Assembly: GCA_029261015.1 (NCBI GenBank)
Contig: JAJDCC010000039.1
Location: forward strand, 1 to 31,969
Direction of reading: 5' to 3'
DNA: 31,969 nucleotides
Source of the DNA: Candidatus Omnitrophota bacterium
GTDB lineage: Bacteria; Omnitrophota; Gorgyraeia; Aquiviventales; Aquiviventaceae
The stretch's first letter is position 1, and each line of letters starts with the position of its first letter. Under the pieces are notes generated by a model. It ran no database searches. It was not told the DNA's origin and saw only the letters and a list, made by a program, of their open reading frames with translations. Of this stretch, positions 1 to 6,752 are shown piece after piece. The position numbers and the translations under genes were made by a program.

Positions 1-218
1 TGGTAGGCCTCCATATCTTCAATAGGATCATCAAAATGCGTCATATCAATCTTGCATTTGAAAAACCCAAGCTTGCGCTGATTTGGAGCCTCGATTTGAA
101 TCGGGGCGAAACGGAAAATAGGTTTACCGTTGCGCGCCACTACGACTTCTTCACCCTGCTCGAAACGCTCTGCTAATTCGGACAATCTTGTTTTTGCTTC
201 ATGCATGTTTACGATCAT
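1..218 (-). CDS. Type II toxin-antitoxin antitoxin, Phd/YefM family (runs off the left edge; not in ORF track)
   Basis: Manual translation from ATG at 218: MIVNMHEAKTRLSELAERFEQGEEVVVARNGKPIFRFAPIQIEAPNQRKLGFFKCKIDMTHFDDPIEDMEAY..., the Phd-type N-terminal pattern (vNmheAK..Ls.L...v..GeevvI.r.GkP). Strong SD TAAGGAGG upstream. No stop before the window edge. Confidence 0.9.
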   Translation of the reverse strand, partial: MIVNMHEAKTRLSELAERFEQGEEVVVARNGKPIFRFAPIQIEAPNQRKLGFFKCKIDMTHFDDPIEDMEAY

Positions 219-230
219 TAGGCCTCCTTA

Positions 231-252
231 TTAGCTAGACTAATCTAGCTAA
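231..252. promoter_or_regulatory. Perfect 9-bp inverted repeat, probable TA autoregulatory operator
   Basis: TTAGCTAGA (231-239)-CTAA-TCTAGCTAA (244-252), located between the -10 box and the SD of the antitoxin gene. Confidence 0.75.
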
Positions 253-256
253 GCTA

Positions 257-286
257 AGTATACCCAATCCCTTCAATTTTTGCCAA
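257..286 (-). promoter_or_regulatory. Sigma70-type promoter of the antitoxin gene
   Basis: Minus strand TTGGCA (286-281), 18-nt spacer, TATACT (262-257). Confidence 0.65.
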
Positions 287-316
287 GAAAAAGAGCGGCC
301 CGATATCGGACCGCTC
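285..316 (-). terminator. Intrinsic terminator on the minus strand
   Basis: Minus-strand RNA GAGCGGUCCG-AUAU-CGGGCCGCUC followed by UUUUUCUU. The 10-bp stem has one U.G wobble that pairs only on the minus strand. Confidence 0.75.
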
Positions 317-425
317 ATCCTCAGCGTTTCTAGTTGTAGCCTTATTATGTTTGATCCCAAGAGAGTTGGCAAGTAGAGTATCTCTAGATTAGAAGCAAAA
401 TCTTCAACAATTTTTGGGAGGATGC

Positions 426-1193
426 ATGCGTATTGGAGTTATGGGAGCTTTAGAAGAAGAAGTCGGCCGCTTGAATACCTGCATGACCAACCCGAAAGCC
501 GATACTGTGGGCGGCCGCACCTATTATCAGGGTGAGCTATTTGGGCGTGATGCAGTTTTGGTGTTCTCTCGCCTAGGCAAAGTAGCCGCTGCTTCCACCG
601 CCACCACCTTAATTGAACGCTACAAGATCGATGCCCTGCTGTTTATTGGTGTGGCTGGTGGCGTGAACCCAGAATTGAATATCGGCGATATCGTGGTTGC
701 CGACGAACTGATGCAGCATGATATGGATGCCAGTCCGCTCTATCCGCAGTATGAAATTCCTCTACTTGATCTAAAGTCTTTTGAAGCGACTCCACAGCTG
801 CGCGACTTAGCCTTAAAATCGGCACAGGCTTTTCTGCAAGAGGATTGGGCTCAAGTCATTTCCACCGAAACCCAAAAAACCTTTGGCATGCACACGCCTA
901 AAGCAGTGACAGGCACAATTTTAAGTGGTGATCAGTTTGTCAGTGAAAGCACTAAGATTGATGCTCTGCGCCAATCGATCCCCTCATCCTCGTGTATTGA
1001 AATGGAAGGTGCTGCTGTTGCCCAAGTGTGCTATGAGCACGCGGTGCCGTTTGCAGTGATTCGCGCGATTTCCGACAAAGCCAACTCGGATGCTGAAGTT
1101 GATTTTCTGAAGTTTATTGAAAGCGTGGCCTGTGTCTATTCGGAGGGGGTTTTGAAGCGGTTGATGTCTACGATTTATGCATCGAACCTTTAA
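426..1193 (+). CDS. mtnN: 5'-methylthioadenosine/S-adenosylhomocysteine nucleosidase
   Basis: MRIGVMGALEEEV start, GKVAAA, FIGVAGG, GDQF, IEMEGAAVAQV and RAISDKA motifs. ATG at 426 has SD GGAGG at 417-421, preferred over the track's TTG at 414. Confidence 0.93.
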   Translation: MRIGVMGALEEEVGRLNTCMTNPKADTVGGRTYYQGELFGRDAVLVFSRLGKVAAASTATTLIERYKIDALLFIGVAGGVNPELNIGDIVVADELMQHDMDASPLYPQYEIPLLDLKSFEATPQLRDLALKSAQAFLQEDWAQVISTETQKTFGMHTPKAVTGTILSGDQFVSESTKIDALRQSIPSSSCIEMEGAAVAQVCYEHAVPFAVIRAISDKANSDAEVDFLKFIESVACVYSEGVLKRLMSTIYASNL

Positions 1194-2295
1194 TCCACAT
1201 AAGGCGCCACGCATAGGCCACAGAACATCCAAATAAAAATCCACCCACATGGGCAAACCAAGCTACATTTGAGTAACCTGCCATTTGAAAAAAACACGCA
1301 TAAAACAATTGGAGAGCAAACCATCCCCCCAAATAAATGTACGCAGGCACACTCACTATTTTTGAAATCATCAATGTATGAATGCGCGCAGATGGATAAA
1401 ACACAAAATACGCCCCCATTATCCCCGACACGGCCCCACTGGCACCCACTACAGGCACCCCAGAGTGTTGTGTGGTGACACTGTGCACCAATAGAGCAAA
1501 GATTCCAGAACACAAATAGAACACCACACTCCCTAAATGGCCTAATTGGTCTTCAACATTATCTCCAAACAGCCACAAGAAAAACATATTACCCAATAAA
1601 TGCCAGACACTTCCATGCATGAACAGTGATGTGATTAATCCTATTCTCCAAAAATTTTCAGGAACATAGACGAGGTATTGCAGTAAAGTGGTCTGTTCTT
1701 TAAATAAGGAGAGTGCGCACAATGACGTAACGACCGTCAATAGAATTAAGGCGCAAGTTGCCCAGGGTATCCGTATTCTTTCGGTATCATCCGCCAGGGG
1801 TAGTATGATTCTAGGTATGTAAAAAATGTTCACAGGAGCCGTTAATTCCTCCCCCAGTTCTCCGAAATCTTTCAAAACCTGTGTTTCTGCTTGTAAGGCT
1901 AAAAGGGACTCCCCCACAGCACTGATAGATGGATTGTCTTTGAGATGCTCAGCTACTTTGGACACTTCCCCTGCATCGGCCCAAACACCCTGACATGGAT
2001 TGCATTTCTCCAACAGGACATTGGAATCGTATGCATAATTGAAGGTTTCCATCGCGACTGCACAGCGAGGACATTGTCGTATTTGCTTATCTCCCTGCTC
2101 CACTTGAGTAATGGGTGTTTTTTCATAGGGATGAAAAGGCTTTTTCTTTATTTCACCGAACTGCAAAAATTCCTGCACAAGATTGGAGAGTTCTCCTTTA
2201 TCCAACCACATACCTTTGCAGTGCTGACAAAAATCAATACTGTAAGAGGTGATCGGCATTGATGTGAGTTTGTGGGAGCACGCAGGGCAAAGCAT
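1168..2295 (-). CDS. Rhomboid intramembrane serine protease with two N-terminal zf-TFIIB-like Zn ribbons
   Basis: CPAC...FCQHCKGMWLDKGEL and CPRC...KCNPCQGVWADAGEV Zn-ribbon repeats. Rhomboid motifs FMHGSVWHLLGNM, GDNVED, GASG (catalytic Ser) and AHVGG (catalytic His). Multiple hydrophobic segments. Confidence 0.88.
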   Translation of the reverse strand: MLCPACSHKLTSMPITSYSIDFCQHCKGMWLDKGELSNLVQEFLQFGEIKKKPFHPYEKTPITQVEQGDKQIRQCPRCAVAMETFNYAYDSNVLLEKCNPCQGVWADAGEVSKVAEHLKDNPSISAVGESLLALQAETQVLKDFGELGEELTAPVNIFYIPRIILPLADDTERIRIPWATCALILLTVVTSLCALSLFKEQTTLLQYLVYVPENFWRIGLITSLFMHGSVWHLLGNMFFLWLFGDNVEDQLGHLGSVVFYLCSGIFALLVHSVTTQHSGVPVVGASGAVSGIMGAYFVFYPSARIHTLMISKIVSVPAYIYLGGWFALQLFYACFFQMAGYSNVAWFAHVGGFLFGCSVAYAWRLMWIKGSMHKS

Positions 2296-2296
2296 T

Positions 2297-4378
2297 TTAG
2301 TGCTGCGCCTGTTTGCGAAAACGATTCAAGCGATGGCGTAGCACAGAATAATCCGGAGAGGCGAGTTCAGGGTCTTCTTTAATGATTTCATGCGCTTCAA
2401 CGCGCGCATTCTCAAGCCAGGTGAGATCGCGCACGAGATCGGCAATACGAAACGGCGCCCAGCCCGATTGGCGACGACCTATCAACTCCCCCGGCCCGCG
2501 AATTTCCATATCGGTTTCGGCCAGTTTGAATCCATCATTACTTTGGGTGAAGGCTTTCAAGCGTTGGTTCTGGCCGGCTTCTTTACCTTTGCCACCAATC
2601 AAAATGCATGCGGATGGATGCGGGCCACGTCCGATACGTCCGCGCAACTGATGCATTTGCGCCAAACCAAATCGCTCGGGATGTTCAATCACCATGAGTG
2701 TTGCATTCGGCACATCTAACCCCACCTCAACCACAATCGTTGACACCAAAACTTGAATCTCATTGCGCGCAAAGGCTTGCATGGTGGTTTCTTTATCGAT
2801 CGGCTTCATCTTACCGTGCAATAAACCGACTTTGCCTTCTTTAAATTCCACGCGCAAACGCTCCGACATTTTAGTCGCCGACTTTAAATCAGAATCTTCT
2901 TTTTCATCGACTAAGGGATAGACGATGAATACTTGGCGCCCTAACTCAATCTGTTTATGAATAGCTCGGTACACACGTTGGCGTTCTGTCTCACCCACCC
3001 AATGCGTTTTAATAGGCTTACGGCCCGGTGGCATTTCACGAATCGTCGACACATCCAAATCGCCATACAATGAAAGCGCAAGGGTTCGCGGAATGGGTGT
3101 TGCGGTCACCACTAACACATCAGGGGCTTTGCCTTTAGCCACGAGTTTCGCGCGTTGCATCACACCAAACTTATGCTGTTCATCAACAATCACAAAACTC
3201 AAACTTTTAAAGGCAATCGCATCTTGCATCAGAGCATGTGTGCCAATCGCGATCGAGACTTCTCCATTAGCCACTGCTTCTTGGCGCACGCGTCGCTCAG
3301 CGGCAGAAACCGATTGCGACAACAGCGTTACGCTAATCCCTAAGGGTCCAAGATATTTGGATATCGTGGCAAAATGCTGTTCGGCTAACAGTTCGGTGGG
3401 CGCCATCAAAGCCACCTGCCCTTTAGCCTCCACGACCACCGCCATCAGCAATATCATCACAATCGTTTTGCCGCATCCCACATCCCCCTGCAACAAACGC
3501 TGCATCGGATAAGGCTGCAACATGTCGGTGAATAATTCATCCAAGACTTGTTTCTGATCACCCGTCAAACCAAAGGGCAATCGCTCAATCATTTGATCGA
3601 ACAACGAACCTTTTTTGAGCACATACTTTTGCGGTTTGCGTTTGGACTGAATTTGCGCGCGACGTTGTGCCAAAGCAAGTTGTAGGATGAGCAATTCTTC
3701 AAATGCCAGGCGTTGCTGCGCTGGCGCTAAATCGGCTTCGTCCTGCGGAAAATGTAATGTGCGAATAGCTTCATGGATACCCGGCCAGCCTTTGGCCTTA
3801 ATGAGTTTGGGCGGCAGCGATTCTTCTAAATCAGCCGCATGGTCACGCACCGTGCGATAAATAAATTCGCGCATCCAACGCTGCGTAATCCCCGACACCA
3901 AAGGATAGACTGGCACGATGCGCCCGGCATGCACACCCAGCTCCACCTCATCATCAACGCGCTCCATTTCAGGATGGGTCATGGTGAGTTGATGCCCTTT
4001 GAGCTCCACTTTGCCAAAAAGGATCAGCTTCTGCCCCGGCTGCAACTGCTTAGCCAAATACGGCATATTGAACCAAATAATCTTCAGGGCACCGGTTGAG
4101 TCGATCTCCTTAGCTTCAACTATGGTCAGCCGACCACGGACTCGCTTGATGCCAATGGCATAGACCTCCACCTTAAGGGTGGCCACCACGCCAGACTCCA
4201 GATCCTGGATGTCAAAAAATTTGCGCCGATCCTCATAGCGCCGAGGCGGATAATAGCAGGCATCCTCAATCCGCTCTATGCCGGTCTGAGCCAGCAATTT
4301 AGCCTTGGACGCCCCCACGCCCTTCTGAAATCTAAGCTGCTGGTCCTCTTGTGCTGATTCTAGGGTTTCTGGATTCAT
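2297..4378 (-). CDS. recG: ATP-dependent DNA helicase RecG
   Basis: N-terminal YYPPRRYED and wedge/OB region, LQGDVGCGKT, ALMAPTELLAEQH, DEQHKFG, TATPIPRT, HQLRGRIGRG, DMEIRGPGE. Confidence 0.97.
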   Translation of the reverse strand: MNPETLESAQEDQQLRFQKGVGASKAKLLAQTGIERIEDACYYPPRRYEDRRKFFDIQDLESGVVATLKVEVYAIGIKRVRGRLTIVEAKEIDSTGALKIIWFNMPYLAKQLQPGQKLILFGKVELKGHQLTMTHPEMERVDDEVELGVHAGRIVPVYPLVSGITQRWMREFIYRTVRDHAADLEESLPPKLIKAKGWPGIHEAIRTLHFPQDEADLAPAQQRLAFEELLILQLALAQRRAQIQSKRKPQKYVLKKGSLFDQMIERLPFGLTGDQKQVLDELFTDMLQPYPMQRLLQGDVGCGKTIVMILLMAVVVEAKGQVALMAPTELLAEQHFATISKYLGPLGISVTLLSQSVSAAERRVRQEAVANGEVSIAIGTHALMQDAIAFKSLSFVIVDEQHKFGVMQRAKLVAKGKAPDVLVVTATPIPRTLALSLYGDLDVSTIREMPPGRKPIKTHWVGETERQRVYRAIHKQIELGRQVFIVYPLVDEKEDSDLKSATKMSERLRVEFKEGKVGLLHGKMKPIDKETTMQAFARNEIQVLVSTIVVEVGLDVPNATLMVIEHPERFGLAQMHQLRGRIGRGPHPSACILIGGKGKEAGQNQRLKAFTQSNDGFKLAETDMEIRGPGELIGRRQSGWAPFRIADLVRDLTWLENARVEAHEIIKEDPELASPDYSVLRHRLNRFRKQAQH

Positions 4379-4380
4379 CA

Positions 4381-4550
4381 GCTGCTATGGCTCCTCGCAG
4401 CGTCAAATGAAGCGCCAAAGCGAGCGGTAGGGGAAGCCTCAGCCCAAGATTCATCTTGGGAATGAGGAGGGGCATCCCCGCCCGAGCGCCAAGCGGAATA
4501 GCGAGAAGAGCCCGCAGCGGATGGATTCAGGGACCCTAGAGGGGTCCTGG
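4381..4550. repeat. GC-rich multi-hairpin intergenic element (REP/MITE-like or structured leader) between recG and the rpmB promoter
   Basis: About 62% GC by hand count, above the flanking DNA. Hairpins: CCTCA-G-CCCAAGAT-TC-ATCTTGGG-AA-TGAGG (4437-4467), GGGG-CAT-CCCC (4469-4479), GGACCC-TAGAG-GGGTCC (4531-4547). Repeated AGCGCCAA(A)GCG. Confidence 0.5.
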
Positions 4551-4581
4551 CACCAGACAAAATAGGATTAAATTGATGTGG

Positions 4582-4610
4582 TTGTGGGACTGGCATTCTC
4601 TGTGTATAAT
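4582..4610 (+). promoter_or_regulatory. Sigma70-type promoter of rpmB
   Basis: TTGTGG (4582-4587), 17-nt spacer, perfect TATAAT (4605-4610), about 50 nt upstream of the rpmB start. Confidence 0.7.
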
Positions 4611-4659
4611 AGTCGGCTCTTAGGGGAATTTCACCTATAAACGCTTTTGGAGTCCAGAA

Positions 4660-4917
4660 ATGAAAGTATGTCCTATTTGTGACAAAGGCCCAGTAAAGGG
4701 CAATAGTATCGTCAAGCGTGGTATGGCCAAGAAGAAAGGCGGTATTGGTCGTCGTAATGTTCGTGTGAACAAGCGTCGATTTTTACCCAATCTCCAACCG
4801 GTTCGCACCTTAATTGATGGTACACCGTTAAGAATTATGGTTTGCACGAGCTGTATTCGCTCTGGCAAGGTTGAGCGGAAGCCTCGCAGAGTTTTAACTC
4901 CAGCAACTGCAGCTTAA
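4660..4917 (+). CDS. rpmB: 50S ribosomal protein L28 (Zn-binding, C+ form)
   Basis: CPIC...GN...KRRFLPNLQ...VCTSCIRSGKV, with the GMAKKKGGIG insertion. SD GGAG upstream. Confidence 0.95.
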   Translation: MKVCPICDKGPVKGNSIVKRGMAKKKGGIGRRNVRVNKRRFLPNLQPVRTLIDGTPLRIMVCTSCIRSGKVERKPRRVLTPATAA

Positions 4918-6514
4918 TCTCGCTTTTTTCCCACTGAGGATTGACGGCCAAATCAAATCGATCCGTTTCTTCAGAATCAGGCAGAGTTCCTTTTAAAGGC
5001 AAAGTCAAAAAATCGTTCCCTACCCAACCACGGCGTGGGGAACTTTTTTTGATCCAAACATTCCTAATCAAGATACGCGCAGGACGGTTGCCTTGCCCCC
5101 ACGGTTTCAATACGTCCATCTCCTGAACCCAATTCTCTTTAATGTCTTCAATCCCGCATTCTAAATCGCACGGTTTGCTGGGATTTTTGCTGTGCTTTTG
5201 CTCCTCACTCAATACTTTGGCATGTTCATTCAACTCTTTTTGAAAAGCTTCAAAGCGATCCACTTTTAATGTGACACCACAAGCCTGCTCATGCCCTCCA
5301 TATTTCACCAAATGGGATTCGCACTTTTGAATCAACCCTAATAAGTTAATGTGAGGTAAAGAACGTGCTGAACCCGTACCTGTTTCTTCGCCTAAAGCAA
5401 TCGCAACCGTGGGTCGGTTGTAGCGCGAAGAAAGTTGCGAAGCCAAAGGCCCCATCAAACCCGCATGCCATCCTTCACGGCCCACCACCAAAACGTGGTG
5501 ATCTTTAAAATGGATACGATTGATTTGTTCAATCGCTTGCGCCGCAATGCGCTTAGCCATCTGCTTGAGGCTCTCATGCCCTTCTTTCACTTTATCAAAC
5601 CACGTTTCTTGCTTTGACCGTTCGGTCTCATGCAGCAACTGCCAAATAGATGTCGGATCGCCCAAGCGCCCCATAGCATTAATGCGCGGAACCAGTTTTT
5701 TAAGTACCGTATCAGGCGTCACTTTTTTAAGATTCACCGACCCCATCAATCGCAATAGACCTGAGCGCCGCGTCAGTTCAATTTTAGGGAGACCTTGCTT
5801 GACGATAATGCGGCTGTCCCCGATCAGTGGCGAACAATCCGCTAATGTGCCGATCGCAGCCAATGCTAAGAATTCCTCGAGTAAGTCAGGACGGTCTGAA
5901 CACAATACTTGTGCAATTTTAAACGCCAAGCCCACACTACAAAGTTCACGCCCCTGTGTGGATTCTACACAATGCGGATTCACCCAAGCCGATGATGTCG
6001 GTGGCCCTTCCATCGGAATATGATGATCAATAATGATACTTTCAATACCATGCTCTGCTAAAGTTTGCATGGTTGCATGCTGGTTGGTGCCACAATCAAT
6101 TAAGATGACACACTTAGCATTCGACTCAACGATACCTTCGAGGACTTCATCGGATAAACCATATCCCAGGTTAATCCGATTGGCCAACTTGATGGCCACC
6201 TTGCCGCCTACCGCCTCAAGTGTTTCGTACAAGATGAGGCTTGAGAGTACGCCATCGCAATCAGAATCACCAAAAATCAGAATGGGTTCATCGTGGGCGA
6301 TCAACTCTTGTAATAACGCAATCGTGCGAGGCATGCCCTCAAGATCCATCGAATGCATCATGGATGGAAAATCGGCACGCAAAAACCGCAGCGCTTCATC
6401 AGGTGTTTGGATACCGCGGTTGATCAGAATTTGCGCAATATAGGGATGGAAGTGGGTGGCTTGGCTAATGCTTTGAGCAAGATCATGATTTTGAGGATAA
6501 ATGGGATACGACAT
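4835..6514 (-). CDS. recJ: Single-stranded-DNA-specific exonuclease RecJ (DHH/DHHA1)
   Basis: AQILINRG, IFGDSDCDG, IDCGT, IIDHH, GTLADCSPL, PRINAMGRLG, WHAGLMG, GSARS and GGHEQACG motifs. Lies downstream of secDF as in other bacteria. Start uncertain (6514 or 6535). Confidence 0.9.
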   Translation of the reverse strand: MSYPIYPQNHDLAQSISQATHFHPYIAQILINRGIQTPDEALRFLRADFPSMMHSMDLEGMPRTIALLQELIAHDEPILIFGDSDCDGVLSSLILYETLEAVGGKVAIKLANRINLGYGLSDEVLEGIVESNAKCVILIDCGTNQHATMQTLAEHGIESIIIDHHIPMEGPPTSSAWVNPHCVESTQGRELCSVGLAFKIAQVLCSDRPDLLEEFLALAAIGTLADCSPLIGDSRIIVKQGLPKIELTRRSGLLRLMGSVNLKKVTPDTVLKKLVPRINAMGRLGDPTSIWQLLHETERSKQETWFDKVKEGHESLKQMAKRIAAQAIEQINRIHFKDHHVLVVGREGWHAGLMGPLASQLSSRYNRPTVAIALGEETGTGSARSLPHINLLGLIQKCESHLVKYGGHEQACGVTLKVDRFEAFQKELNEHAKVLSEEQKHSKNPSKPCDLECGIEDIKENWVQEMDVLKPWGQGNRPARILIRNVWIKKSSPRRGWVGNDFLTLPLKGTLPDSEETDRFDLAVNPQWEKSEIKLQLLELKLCEASAQPCQSEYSSCKP

Positions 6515-6572
6515 AAACTCACATATGTTGGTCATTCGATCATTAGAAGATCAAATTATATTCGCAGGACGT

Positions 6573-6709
6573 CTCTGGCAGCGCGTGCATGGTCCCTGAG
6601 CGAAGTGAAGGGTCGCGCGTCGCCAGAGCCGAATGCAGTGAGCCTCGCTGGGTTAAACCAATGCTTCAGCGAGTATTTTTCATCTTCTGGCATCGCCTGC
6701 CAAAGAAGA
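6573..6709. repeat. Cluster of nested palindromes (REP-like element) in the secDF-recJ spacer
   Basis: CTCTGGC(6573-79)/GCCAGAG(6622-28) encloses GCGCG/CGCGC and CCCT/AGGG around the core CCCTGAGCGAAGTGAAGGG. Further hairpins CTCGCTG(6644-50)/CAGCGAG(6667-73) and TCTTC-TGGCA-TCGCC-TGCCA-AA-GAAGA (6683-6709). Confidence 0.6.
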
Positions 6710-6729
6710 ACCCTTATAGTACGGATCTC

Positions 6730-6752
6730 AAAAAGGTGACTGTCCCCTTTTT
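6730..6752. repeat. Palindrome AAAAAGGTGACTGTCCCCTTTTT at the secDF stop (REP-like unit and/or bidirectional terminator)
   Basis: Near-perfect inverted repeat with a single mismatch and A/T tails on both sides, abutting the secDF stop codon. Confidence 0.6.

Noticed and set aside
378-390. TAGAG-TAT-CTCTA short palindrome upstream of mtnN
   Set aside because: Only 5-bp arms in an AT-rich spacer, with no clearly defined promoter to relate it to; compatible with chance.
238-430. Stop-free minus-strand frame across the TA-mtnN spacer
   Set aside because: No convincing ATG/SD, it runs through the terminator and promoter, and it has no recognisable motif.
3440-3500. RecG Walker A reads GDVGCGKT rather than GDVGSGKT
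   Set aside because: Substitution at a variable position; the GKT core and all other helicase motifs are intact.
4378-4596. 72-aa minus-strand ORF upstream of recG
   Set aside because: Low-complexity Ser/Ala/Pro translation of the GC-rich palindromic element, with no family motif. Likely spurious, although a leader peptide cannot be fully excluded.
6680-6710. GGCGATG on the minus strand, reminiscent of the fluoride riboswitch start
   Set aside because: The following consensus and pseudoknot are absent, and the downstream gene (recJ) does not fit.
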